This document shows positions 10,625-20,030 of a DNA stretch of 64,000 nt, in pieces. Made by a program: the position numbers and the translations under genes. The notes below the pieces were generated by a model. The model was not told the origin of the DNA, ran no database searches, and worked only from the letters and a program-made list of their open reading frames with translations. Source of the stretch: Bacteroidota bacterium (GTDB lineage Bacteria > Bacteroidota > Bacteroidia > 2-12-FULL-35-15). The stretch lies in NCBI GenBank assembly GCA_025963715.1, contig JAOQAG010000051.1:77125-141124 (forward strand). Reading direction: 5' to 3'. Each line of letters starts with the position of its first letter. Within the stretch, counting starts at the first letter, position 1.

Positions 10625-10846
10625 ATGAAAAAAACAATGACACTTGTAGCTTGTGCATTATTTGCATTCAGCTTAGTAGGAGTAGCTCAAACAGACACTA
10701 AAACTGCTAAAAAAGACGATTCTAAAAAAGAAGCTCCGGCTAAAAAAGATGACTCTAAAAAAGAAGCTAAAAAAGACGATTCTAAAAAAGCAGATTCTAA
10801 AAAACCTGCTAAAAAAGAAGAAGCAAAACCTGCTGACAAAAAATAA
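10625..10846 (+). CDS. Small secreted Lys/Asp-rich low-complexity protein
   Basis: Signal peptide ending GVA-Q, then KKDDSKKEA-type repeats. Has its own terminator and uses highly expressed-type codons. Confidence 0.75.
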   Translation: MKKTMTLVACALFAFSLVGVAQTDTKTAKKDDSKKEAPAKKDDSKKEAKKDDSKKADSKKPAKKEEAKPADKK

Positions 10847-10870
10847 TAATATCACCCGATATTATTTAAC

Positions 10871-10897
10871 AAAAAAAGCCCTTTACGGGCTTTTTTT
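10871..10897 (+). terminator. Intrinsic terminator
   Basis: AAAAAAAGCCC-TTTAC-GGGCTTTTTTT. Confidence 0.8.
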
Positions 10898-10934
10898 GTT
10901 GGTGTTAGCCTTGCATTAGAAAAATGTAGATTTT

Positions 10935-11395
10935 TGTTTGGACCTTTAGAAGATAAAATCGAATGCGGCTTCATTTCATCCTCTTTTCTTTTTGTCTTGA
11001 AACAAAAAGAAACAATCCCGCACCTGCGGGACAAGAACAATCCGCCGCGGCGGACCACGCACCACCTGACGCATCCCCGCTACTTGTTCCGGCCACCGCG
11101 CCTTTCTAAATTTCTTTTTCGTACTCCCTACGGATCGGGATGAATTAAAATCGTACTCCGCTTATTAGACATTCTGCTACCACTATGTAAAAAAAATAGG
11201 ATATTCATTCTACAGACTATTTCGGCCTGTCCAGTAATAGCGGGAATAAGCGCCAGAAAAATCATAGCTACGAAGCGACCAACCGCATGCGCGAAATTAA
11301 CCGCGGTTTTCCTGGAGCGACAGCGGAAGGAAAAATTACCTTACAGGCAGAAAAGGTTTTTGTAACTTTTTGCCTTCAAAAAGTAAAAGGTAGAG
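10935..11395. other. Non-coding structured insert (candidate MITE-like element or ncRNA)
   Basis: GC-rich patches and terminal hairpins TTTCTTTTTGTCTTGAAACAAAAAGAAA and TACTTTTTG-like/CAAAAAGTA. No credible ORF. Confidence 0.4.
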
Positions 11396-11469
11396 ATAAA
11401 ACCGACATTTTACTAATGCAAAATCTTGGTGTTTGTGCTCCCATACGAACGCTTTACGCCTTTTTTTCT

Positions 11470-11477
11470 TACCTTTG
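11470..11477 (+). promoter_or_regulatory. Bacteroidota -7 promoter element for prfA
   Basis: TACCTTTG matches TAnnTTTG about 50 nt upstream of the start. Confidence 0.6.
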
Positions 11478-11524
11478 CACCCTGAAAATAAATTCAGGAA
11501 CAGTAAAAATTAAAATATAATAAA

Positions 11525-12601
11525 GTGTTAGAGAAATTAGCTGCCATAAAAAGACGCTGGGAAGAAGTAGAGCAAAAACTATCGGATCCGAAAGTGATTG
11601 GCGACATGAAAGAATTTAAAAAATTCAATAAAGAATACAAAGATCTTACGGAAGTTGTGAATGCCTACCACGAGTATAAAAACGTGGTGGAAAATATTGA
11701 ATTTAATAAATCTGTTTTGGCCAGCGAAAAAGACGATGAGATGCGTGATATGGCAAAAATGGACATTGATGAATTGCTTCCAAAAAAAGAAAAAATGGAA
11801 GAGGATATTCGCCAGATGCTGGTGCCGAAAGATCCGGAGGATGCACGGAATGCCGTAATGGAAATTCGTGCTGGAACAGGTGGGGATGAGGCAAGTATTT
11901 TTGCAGGCGATCTGTTCAGAATGTACACGCGTTATTTTGAAGAAAGAGGGTTGAAATACGAAGTAGTGGATTCCAATGCAGGAACAATGGGTGGTTATAA
12001 AGAGGTGATCATCAACATCAATGCGGACGGTGCATACGGAATGCTGAAATTTGAAGCTGGTGTACACCGCGTGCAGCGTGTTCCTTTAACGGAAACGATG
12101 GGCCGTGTGCATACATCTGCCGCGTCAGTATTGGTAATGCCGGAAGCGGATGAAGTGGATGTGGTGCTGAACCCGGGTGATATTGAAATGCAAACGTCCC
12201 GTTCGGGCGGTGCAGGCGGACAGAACGTAAATAAAGTGGAAACAAAAGTGCAGCTGACACACAAACCTACCGGGATTGTGGTGGTTTGTCAGCAGGATCG
12301 TTCACAACTTGGTAACCGCGAACTGGCGATGCAAATGCTGAGAACGAAGCTGTATGATATCGAACTGCAAAAGCACCTGGATGCGATTTCTAAAAGAAGA
12401 AAAACAATTGTGGCAACAGGGGATCGTTCGGAAAAAATCAGGACATATAACTATCCGCAAAACAGAATAACGGATCACCGCATTAATTTAACGCTGTATA
12501 ATCTTACGGATTTTATGGATGGAAAGATCCAGAACATGGTTGATGCGCTGCAACTGGCTGAGAATTCGGAGCGTTTGAAAGAAGGCGGAATGGCGGTTTA
12601 A
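11525..12601 (+). CDS. prfA: Peptide chain release factor 1
   Basis: PxT (PLT) stop-recognition motif, GGQ motif and [18 protein letters not shown] start. Confidence 0.96.
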   Translation: MLEKLAAIKRRWEEVEQKLSDPKVIGDMKEFKKFNKEYKDLTEVVNAYHEYKNVVENIEFNKSVLASEKDDEMRDMAKMDIDELLPKKEKMEEDIRQMLVPKDPEDARNAVMEIRAGTGGDEASIFAGDLFRMYTRYFEERGLKYEVVDSNAGTMGGYKEVIININADGAYGMLKFEAGVHRVQRVPLTETMGRVHTSAASVLVMPEADEVDVVLNPGDIEMQTSRSGGAGGQNVNKVETKVQLTHKPTGIVVVCQQDRSQLGNRELAMQMLRTKLYDIELQKHLDAISKRRKTIVATGDRSEKIRTYNYPQNRITDHRINLTLYNLTDFMDGKIQNMVDALQLAENSERLKEGGMAV

Positions 12602-12730
12602 TTTGAAAGTTTGCTAATTTGAAAATCTACTAATTTGAAGATGTGCTGATTTGAAAATTTGAAAATGTGCTGTGTGGATGCTGTGTGTGATTTATGAATA
12701 TAATTTGAAAATGTGCTGTGTTTATTAAAT
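12600..12730. repeat. AATTTGAA-type short tandem array with GCTGTG junctions
   Basis: Repeated (A)ATTTGAAA units starting at the prfA stop codon. Similar array at 55605-55645. Confidence 0.6.
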
Positions 12731-12752
12731 GACCGGCAATGTTAATTAGAAC

Positions 12753-12785
12753 AATTCCCCTCTTGAGAGGGGTTAGGGGTGTGTT
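12753..12785. repeat. REP-like repeat, family C (CCCCTCTTGAGAGGGG)
   Basis: 33 bp identical to 61566-61598. Confidence 0.85.
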
Positions 12786-12813
12786 AAGCGCACAGTATGT
12801 AAAAAAATAAAGA

Positions 12814-13659
12814 ATGACCCGCGTAGAATTATTCGAAAATATAAAAAAGAAAAAAAGTTTTTTGTGCATCGGTTTGGATACCGATCTCACAAAGATCCCT
12901 GCGCACTTATTGCTGGAGGAAGATCCTGCATTTGAATTTAATAAACAGATCATTGATGCGACGCACGATCTGTGTGTTTCCTACAAACCCAACATGGCGT
13001 TTTATGAAACAGAGGGCGTAAAAGGCTGGATCAGCCTGGAAAAAACAATCAATTACATCAACGAAAAATACCCGGATCAATTTACAATTGCTGATGCAAA
13101 ACGCGGTGATATTGGCAATACATCCAGCATGTATGCAAAAGCATTTTTGGAAAAAATGAATTTTGATTCGATCACCGTTGCGCCGTATATGGGTGAAGAC
13201 AGTGTAATGCCTTTCCTGGAATATCCCAATAAATGGGTAATTCTGCTGGCGCTGACTTCTAACAAAGGTGCATTTGATTTTCAAACAACACTGAATGGCA
13301 ACAATGAAGCATTGTACAAGCAAGTGCTGGAAACGTCAAAAAAATGGGGCAATGCAGACAACCTGATGTATGTGGTGGGTGCTACAAAAGCGGAAATGCT
13401 AACAGAGATCCGCAGCATTGTGCCGGATAATTTTTTGCTGGTGCCGGGTGTTGGCGCTCAGGGCGGGAGTTTGAATGAGGTGGCAAAATACGGGATGAAT
13501 GATCAATGCGGGTTGCTGGTTAATTCATCAAGAGGAATAATTTACGCTGGCAACGGAAAAGATTTTGCGTTGAAAGCGCGTGCAGAAGCATTGATATTGC
13601 AGCAGGAAATGCAATTGTTACTATTGGATGCAAAATTAACAAAGTTGTTTGGGGAATAA
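12814..13659 (+). CDS. pyrF: Orotidine-5'-phosphate decarboxylase
   Basis: [44 protein letters not shown]. Confidence 0.95.
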   Translation: MTRVELFENIKKKKSFLCIGLDTDLTKIPAHLLLEEDPAFEFNKQIIDATHDLCVSYKPNMAFYETEGVKGWISLEKTINYINEKYPDQFTIADAKRGDIGNTSSMYAKAFLEKMNFDSITVAPYMGEDSVMPFLEYPNKWVILLALTSNKGAFDFQTTLNGNNEALYKQVLETSKKWGNADNLMYVVGATKAEMLTEIRSIVPDNFLLVPGVGAQGGSLNEVAKYGMNDQCGLLVNSSRGIIYAGNGKDFALKARAEALILQQEMQLLLLDAKLTKLFGE

Positions 13660-13695
13660 AAAAGAGATTTTAACAATTCAATAAATAATAAGATT

Positions 13696-14352
13696 ATGAA
13701 AGTTTTACGTTTTTACATTTTATACCGCTTACCGATCATTGCGATATTAATTGCAATTGGGCTTTGGTCGCAATTAACACATTGGGATACGGCTACAGTT
13801 TGGATCTGTTACATCCTTGCGGGAATTTCCCTGTTGCTTTATTTTATGATGGGAACCATGCGCATTGTACAGGAAGCAATTACTGACGGCGACCCGGAGC
13901 TGGCAATGAAATACATTAAGCAAATTAAATTCCCGCGTTTGTTGTTCAAACCGATCCGCTCGGCTTATTACATGATCCAGAGTAATTTATTTTTAGCAAT
14001 AGATGATTTGGGTGCAGCAGAAAACAACATCCGCAAAAGCCTGAAAACAAAATCAAAAATTGTGGGCGATGTGGAAGGAACAAATCTAATGCAGCTGGCA
14101 TTCATTCAATTAAAAAAAGGCGAAACCAAAGAAGCGCGTGCCAATCTGCAGGCAGCTATCAAAGCGGGAATTCCTGATAAAGAAAGCTTGGCCGCATGTT
14201 ATTTGCAATTATCCTCTATCGAAATTCAGCGCAAGCAAAATAAGGTGGGTAAAGAATATTTCAGAAAAGCAAAAGCATTAAAACCAAAATCGGAAGAGCT
14301 GGTAAAACAGATCCAGCAAATGGATAAGCACATTTCACGCTTACCGGGGTAA
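13696..14352 (+). CDS. Membrane-anchored TPR-like hypothetical protein
   Basis: Two N-terminal TM helices followed by TPR-like helical repeats. Confidence 0.7.
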   Translation: MKVLRFYILYRLPIIAILIAIGLWSQLTHWDTATVWICYILAGISLLLYFMMGTMRIVQEAITDGDPELAMKYIKQIKFPRLLFKPIRSAYYMIQSNLFLAIDDLGAAENNIRKSLKTKSKIVGDVEGTNLMQLAFIQLKKGETKEARANLQAAIKAGIPDKESLAACYLQLSSIEIQRKQNKVGKEYFRKAKALKPKSEELVKQIQQMDKHISRLPG

Positions 14353-14440
14353 GGAGTTTAAAGTTTGGAAGTTTAAAGTTCAAAGTTTGTTGTGTGCGGA
14401 TGCTGTGTTTATTAAATCTGAAAACGATTTCCCTTTATAT

Positions 14441-14468
14441 TGTCATCCCCGGCCTGATCCGGGATCTG
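14441..14468. repeat. REP-like repeat, family B (GTCATCCCG...GGGATC/GGGATGAC)
   Basis: Related copies at 19850, 19955, 27069, 51778, 57813 and 62151. Confidence 0.75.
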
Positions 14469-14486
14469 TTAATTAGAACTAAATTT

Positions 14487-14512
14487 AGCCGCGATCATGA
14501 TCGCGGCTTTTT
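14487..14512 (+). terminator. Perfect 22-bp palindrome with T tail (probable terminator)
   Basis: AGCCGCGATCATGATCGCGGCT followed by a T run. Confidence 0.6.
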
Positions 14513-14763
14513 TATTTGTGAAAATTATTCATTAACTCTACTTATAATTGAAATTGTTGTCCTGTGGCTGATCCTTGATCTCATGATCTTATCAGAATTT
14601 CATTTCACAAATTGTCCGCTTTAGTCCATGTTTAACATCTGCAATTGTTAAATTTTGGTAATTCCCATCATGTAGCCAATCTGATGCTTCAAAAGCCGTT
14701 ACTTTTGAAGAAGTAAATGTTATATCCGCTTAAACTTTAGCGTGATTTATAAGTCTGATAAAA

Positions 14764-15675
14764 ATGATAAAAATTACCTTCCCGAAAATCCTTACAGCGC
14801 TGCTTGTGCTTACGCTGATCTCCTGTACCAAATACATTTATGTTTCCCGTAATCCGTTTCAGAGCGCGCCGGTTGTGGCCGATGGAAATGCTAATGAATG
14901 GAGCGTTCCCTTGAAATATTACGATGAAAAAAGCAAATTGCAATATTCTGTAACGAACGATAATGAAAATTTATACATCTGTATCAAAGCTACGGAAGAT
15001 GAAACGCAATCAAAGATCTTCCGTTCCGGTTTGCAGATCTGGATCGATACAACTGCGAATAACGAGCACCAGGTAGGAATTAATTTTCCATTATCATCTG
15101 ACCTGAGAAGAGGTGACCAAACACCGGAAATGCACAAAACAAAAATGCAAAGTGGTGGCGATGGAAATGCTTCTGAAAAGAAAAAATTCTTCAATAATTT
15201 TATCCAAATGGATCTGTCGGGATTTAAATTACCAGTAACAAACGGGATGACCTCGGTTCAGAATCCGTATGGAATTGCGGCGAGTGTGAACAAGGACAGC
15301 ATTGGGATTTTGACCTACGAAGCGGTGATCCCTTTTCGCACATTTTATAAAAATTCGTTAACCACAGCCGACAGTTTAAGATTAATTGGGATTTCGATTG
15401 TATTAAAAGCGGTGCCAAGCGGAGAAGCTGAAGGACACAGCGGTGGTGGGAGAATGGCCGGTGGCGGCGGCGGTGGTGGCATGGGTGGAGGAGGAATGGG
15501 CGGTGCTGGCGGTATGCGTGGCGGCGGAGGTGGTGGTGGAATGCGTGGTGGTGGAGGTGGCGGCGGACACAGTCACGGTGGTGGCGGTGGAGGCGGTTCA
15601 ACCGGCGGATCATCTGACTATATGAATCAAACAAATGTGATCAAAAAAATATTTCAGCTGGCGATTAGGAAATAA
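14764..15675 (+). CDS. Hypothetical lipoprotein with a Gly-rich low-complexity segment
   Basis: Lipobox LISC, a DG..NEW motif and a ~55 aa Gly/Met/Arg tract near the C-terminus. Confidence 0.75.
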   Translation: MIKITFPKILTALLVLTLISCTKYIYVSRNPFQSAPVVADGNANEWSVPLKYYDEKSKLQYSVTNDNENLYICIKATEDETQSKIFRSGLQIWIDTTANNEHQVGINFPLSSDLRRGDQTPEMHKTKMQSGGDGNASEKKKFFNNFIQMDLSGFKLPVTNGMTSVQNPYGIAASVNKDSIGILTYEAVIPFRTFYKNSLTTADSLRLIGISIVLKAVPSGEAEGHSGGGRMAGGGGGGGMGGGGMGGAGGMRGGGGGGGMRGGGGGGGHSHGGGGGGGSTGGSSDYMNQTNVIKKIFQLAIRK

Positions 15676-15990
15676 GTTCAAAGTTCAAAGTTTAAAGTTG
15701 GAAAGTTTAAAGTTTTGCTATGCGCAGATGCTGTGTTTTTTTAAATCGAAATAAAAATTAATTCGTGTGAGCAAAGATTATTAGATCTGTAGATAATTTA
15801 TTTTTCTTTACACCTTCGTGTCTTCGTGGTAAAAAAAACCGCTTCGAAGGAGCCAAGCTCACAGCAAAACTCTTTTTCTTCTTTTCTTTCTTAGTGCTTT
15901 CTCAGTGCCTGAGTGGTAAATCCGCTCCGCAGGAGCCACACAGCAAACTTTGAACTTTGAACTTTGAACTTTCCAACTTTAAACTTTAAA
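15675..15990. repeat. Intergenic element bounded by inverted heptamer arrays
   Basis: Left arm (AAAGTTC/T)n-TTGCT and right arm AGCAAA-(CTTTGAA)n are reverse complements. Interior holds 9-mer arrays ending GGTAAA. Confidence 0.7.
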
Positions 15991-16064
15991 TTAAATCCGA
16001 ATCCTAAATTCCTGCAAATTTTATTCACCTTCCGTAATGCTGCAATCACTACTTTGCGCGCTAT

Positions 16065-17339
16065 ATGACGGAAGAATTTTTGCATCACATCTGGAAATTC
16101 AAATTGTTTGATCAGTTAGAATTAGTAAGCACCCAAAACGAACGGATAGAAATAGTAAAAGCGGGCGCGCATAATTTTGATGCAGGCCCCGATTTTTTTA
16201 ATGCAAAAGTGCGGGTTGGAAATACGCTCTGGGCTGGCAATGTGGAGGTGCACATCAACGCAAGTGACTGGAAAAAGCACCAGCATCAAAAAGACAAAGC
16301 TTACGATAATATTATTTTGCATGTGGTATTTCATGCAGATGAGATCCTCTACCGGAAATCCGGCGAACAAATTCCCACCATCGAGATCAAAGAACGGATC
16401 AGCACTTCGCTGCACAAAAGCTATCTTGATTTTAAATCAAATAACGATTGGATCCCTTGTGAAAAACAGATTGCAAATGTTCCATCGATCATTATTAACA
16501 GCACCATGGATAAGCTGGTGCTGGAGCGTTTGGAGCGGAAATCAAAAGAGATCATCAATAGTTTAGCGCTGAACAATAATAACTGGGAAGAAACATTTTA
16601 CCAGTTTTTAGCGCGTAATTTCGGTTTTAAAACCAATGCCGAACCGTTTGAATTGCTGGCAAAATCGTTGCCTGCAATTGTACTGGCAAAACACAAAAGC
16701 AGTTTAATGCAGATTGAAGCAATGCTGTTTGGCCAGGCCGGAATGCTGGACAAACATTTTGAAGATAAATATGCATTGACATTGCAAAATGAATACGTTT
16801 TTTTACGCCAGAAATTTAAATTGCATTCCATCGATACACATTTATGGAAATTTTTACGTTTGCGGCCGGTTAATTTTCCAAGCATCCGCATTGCACAATT
16901 CGCCAGCTTGATCTTTCATTCATCCCATCTTTTTTCTAAAGTGATTGAAACGGCAGCGCCGGAAGAATTAAAAAAAATGTTTGACATTTCTGTTTCCGAT
17001 TATTGGAACACACATTATGTATTTGATAAAGCATCGGCGAGGAAAACGAAAAACCTGGGCGATGAAGCGATAAAAACGATCATCGTGAATACCGTGGTTC
17101 CGTTTTTATTTGTATACGGCAAACAAAAAGTGGAGGAAAAATACGTGGTTCGCGCTATACAGCTGCTGGAATTTGTGGATGGAGAAGAAAACGCGGTGAT
17201 CCGGCAATGGAAAAAATTAAAGCTGCCTGTGGAAAATGCATCCTGCACACAGGCATTGCTGCAGTTGAAAAACGAATACTGCAATCAAAAAAAATGTTTA
17301 AGCTGCACGATTGGCAATTATTTACTTAAAAATTCATAA
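16065..17339 (+). CDS. DUF2851 family protein
   Basis: EEFLHHIWK, N.DAGPDF.NA, GNVEVH..ASDW..H.H..D..Y.N.ILHVV, RLRPVNFPSIRIAQ and a C-terminal C...C..C.IG. Confidence 0.88.
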   Translation: MTEEFLHHIWKFKLFDQLELVSTQNERIEIVKAGAHNFDAGPDFFNAKVRVGNTLWAGNVEVHINASDWKKHQHQKDKAYDNIILHVVFHADEILYRKSGEQIPTIEIKERISTSLHKSYLDFKSNNDWIPCEKQIANVPSIIINSTMDKLVLERLERKSKEIINSLALNNNNWEETFYQFLARNFGFKTNAEPFELLAKSLPAIVLAKHKSSLMQIEAMLFGQAGMLDKHFEDKYALTLQNEYVFLRQKFKLHSIDTHLWKFLRLRPVNFPSIRIAQFASLIFHSSHLFSKVIETAAPEELKKMFDISVSDYWNTHYVFDKASARKTKNLGDEAIKTIIVNTVVPFLFVYGKQKVEEKYVVRAIQLLEFVDGEENAVIRQWKKLKLPVENASCTQALLQLKNEYCNQKKCLSCTIGNYLLKNS

Positions 17340-17370
17340 CTTAGTACTGGAAAAAATAATCCGGCTACTC

Positions 17371-17601
17371 ATGATAAAACATATTCAAAATTGGTTTGAA
17401 GCACGCGCATTTGGTGTGTGCGACTGGTGGGGAAAAAAATTAGGGATCAATACAACCAAGATCAGGATGTATTTTATTTACCTGTCTTTTTTTACAGTCG
17501 GTTCCCCGATCATCATGTATTTTATCATGGCGTTCATACTGGAGAACAAGGCATTTTTCAAACCTTTCAAAAGCAAGCGCAGAAGCGTTTGGGACCTGTA
17601 A
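17371..17601 (+). CDS. PspC-domain small membrane protein
   Basis: FGVC.W.GKKLGI...KIRMYFIYLSF.T.GSP. ATG at 17371. Confidence 0.78.
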   Translation: MIKHIQNWFEARAFGVCDWWGKKLGINTTKIRMYFIYLSFFTVGSPIIMYFIMAFILENKAFFKPFKSKRRSVWDL

Positions 17602-17637
17602 AAAGCAATTCATTTAATCGTGTAATCCGTAAACACT

Positions 17638-18648
17638 TTGTTTGGCTTCCGGCATTTTTCTAAATTTTATATTTCCATTGCATTCCTGCTGCTGATCGTT
17701 TGCATCGGCATTGGCGGCTATATTATTATTGAAGGATATAATTTCCTGGATGCATTTTACATGACCATCATTACCGTGGCAACGGTCGGTTTTGAAGAAG
17801 TAAAACCACTGAGCGATCCGGGTAAAGTATTCACTGCCTTTTTAATTATCACAAGTTTTGGTACATTTGCTTATGCGGTTACATCCATTTCGAAATATGT
17901 AATTGACGGCGAGTTTAATCAGTATTTTAAAAACCTAAAATTGAGCGCAGCAATTGAAAAATTAGAAGATCATGTGATCATTTGCGGTTTTGGCCGTAAT
18001 GGCAAACAGGCGGCACATGTGTTAAAAAAACACGACAAGCGTTTTGTGGTGATCGAACAGAAAAAAGAAATTATTGCTACCATCACACATAAATATTCCG
18101 ACTTGATTTTGGAAGGCGATGCCACACAGGATGAAGTGCTGGAAAGAGCCGGGATCAGGAAAGCAAAAGCACTGATCACCACATTGCCGATCGATGCCGA
18201 CAATTTATTTATTGTACTTTCTGCACGTACGCTGAACCCTAAATTAACGATCATCAGCCGCGCTTCCGAAGATAATTCCGATAAAAAAATAAAACTGGCG
18301 GGTGCGGATAATGTGATCATGCCGGATAAGATCGGCGGCGCTCACATGGCGTCGCTGGTGATGAAACCGGATGTAATGGAATTTGTTGATTTTATTACCG
18401 GGCAGGGTGGCGATAATATTCGTTTGGAGGAAATCACATTTGAGAATCTTACACAGGAATTTCAAAATAAAAGCATTCGCGAACTGGAGATCCGTAACCG
18501 TTCAGGCGCTAACATCATCGGGTTTAAAACCGCTCAGGGCGAGTTCATCATCAACCCGAGTGCGGATACGAAAATTATTCCGGATGCAAAATTATTTGTA
18601 TTGGGGACCTCGGAGCAGATCAATAAATTAAAAGAATTATTTGTTTAA
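17638..18648 (+). CDS. Potassium channel with TrkA-N/TrkA-C (RCK) domains
   Basis: Pore TVATVGF, HVIICGFGRNG Rossmann motif, GDAT, AGADNVI and a TrkA-C domain. TTG start. Confidence 0.9.
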   Translation: MFGFRHFSKFYISIAFLLLIVCIGIGGYIIIEGYNFLDAFYMTIITVATVGFEEVKPLSDPGKVFTAFLIITSFGTFAYAVTSISKYVIDGEFNQYFKNLKLSAAIEKLEDHVIICGFGRNGKQAAHVLKKHDKRFVVIEQKKEIIATITHKYSDLILEGDATQDEVLERAGIRKAKALITTLPIDADNLFIVLSARTLNPKLTIISRASEDNSDKKIKLAGADNVIMPDKIGGAHMASLVMKPDVMEFVDFITGQGGDNIRLEEITFENLTQEFQNKSIRELEIRNRSGANIIGFKTAQGEFIINPSADTKIIPDAKLFVLGTSEQINKLKELFV

Positions 18649-18666
18649 AAACATTTTATCATTCGA

Positions 18667-19584
18667 ATGAAAAAAATATTAATTACCGGCAGCAACGGAT
18701 TATTGGGACAGAAATTGGTGTATGCCTTGTTGAAAAGAAAAGATGTGCAGGTAATTGCTACGTCGGTTGGCGCCAACCGTTTGGTAAACCAGGAAGGATA
18801 TATTTATGAATCGCTGGACATTACAAAAAAAGCAGAAGTAGAAACGGTGTATAAAAAATATGCACCGGATGTGATCATCAACACTGCGGCGATGACCAAT
18901 GTAGATGCCTGCGAAACCAAACGTGATGAGTGCTGGGCGCTGAATGTAACGGCGGTTCAGAATATTGTAGATGCGATCGGGCAAAACGCAACCCAGCTGA
19001 TCCATTTGAGCACGGATTTTATTTTCGACGGTTTAAAAGGATCGCAATATGTGGAAACGGATGTTCCGAATCCGCAAAGTTATTATGCGCTTTCAAAATA
19101 TGAATCGGAAAAAATTCTGGAAAAAAGTACGATCAAATGGGCGATCGCCCGAACGATTATTGTGTACGGAATTGTAGATAACATGAGCCGTTCCAACATT
19201 GTGTTGTGGGCGAAGGATGCGTTAACAAAAGGACAAAACATCAATGTAGTGGACGATCAGTTCCGCTCACCAACGCTGGCAGAAGACCTTGCAGATGGTT
19301 GCATTCTGATTGCTGATAAAGGCGCTACCGGAATTTATAATTTATCCGGCCCCGAAACGGTAAGCATTTTAGAGCTGGTTTATAAGATCGCCGATTTCTG
19401 GGAATTGGATAGATCATTAGTAACGCCATCCAAATCAACCACGCTGAATCAAGCGGCAAAACGCCCGCCGTACACGGGTTTTATAATTGATAAAGCAAAA
19501 AAAGAATTGGGATATAACCCGAAAACAATTTCGGAAGGATTGAAAATACTGGATGAACAATTAAAAAAAACGGATACTAAATAA
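18667..19584 (+). CDS. RmlD-like NAD(P)-dependent SDR (dTDP-4-dehydrorhamnose reductase family)
   Basis: ITGSNGLLG, TAAMTNVDACE, STDFIFDG, YxxxK (YALSK), DQFRSPT. Confidence 0.88.
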   Translation: MKKILITGSNGLLGQKLVYALLKRKDVQVIATSVGANRLVNQEGYIYESLDITKKAEVETVYKKYAPDVIINTAAMTNVDACETKRDECWALNVTAVQNIVDAIGQNATQLIHLSTDFIFDGLKGSQYVETDVPNPQSYYALSKYESEKILEKSTIKWAIARTIIVYGIVDNMSRSNIVLWAKDALTKGQNINVVDDQFRSPTLAEDLADGCILIADKGATGIYNLSGPETVSILELVYKIADFWELDRSLVTPSKSTTLNQAAKRPPYTGFIIDKAKKELGYNPKTISEGLKILDEQLKKTDTK

Positions 19585-19592
19585 ACACCGAC

Positions 19593-19793
19593 ATGAAAAA
19601 ATTGATCTTTATTTTTGCCGCTGCGCTCGTTACAGCATCTTTTGTTTCCTGTTCAAAAGGGTATGATTGTAAATGCACGGATTCAACCGGTTATGTATGG
19701 TCGGAATCAACGATCCATGGTACCAAGAAAAAAGCAACGGATGAATGTACAGCCAATAGTACTGGTGCTACGATCACGTGCACGATCCAGTAA
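19593..19793 (+). CDS. Small Cys-rich lipoprotein
   Basis: Lipobox FVSC plus four more cysteines (CKC...C...C) in a ~46 aa mature part. Starts 8 nt after the upstream stop. Confidence 0.7.
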   Translation: MKKLIFIFAAALVTASFVSCSKGYDCKCTDSTGYVWSESTIHGTKKKATDECTANSTGATITCTIQ

Positions 19794-19800
19794 TTATATT

Positions 19801-20030
19801 TGATGTTGTTGTCGGAAAATATTGTTTTTCATAATATTCACATACAACACTGTCATCCCGGGTCAGGCCCGGGATGACAGATCAGAAAAGTATTTCTGTT
19901 TCCATTAGCAACATTATTCTACAACTTGACTCATTAAATACCATAAACATTTATGAGATCCCGCAACATTGCGGGATGACAGTATCATTCGAGAATATGA
20001 AAAAAATAACATTTTCTTACAACAACACCT
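19801..20030. repeat. Composite family-B element (full copy plus inverted half copy)
   Basis: 19801-19930 is a diverged inverted copy of 27018-27145. 19955-20030 is a further half copy in the opposite orientation. Confidence 0.7.

Noticed and set aside
11525-12601. Release factor 2 with programmed frameshift
   Set aside because: Continuous ORF with a PxT motif identifies RF1.
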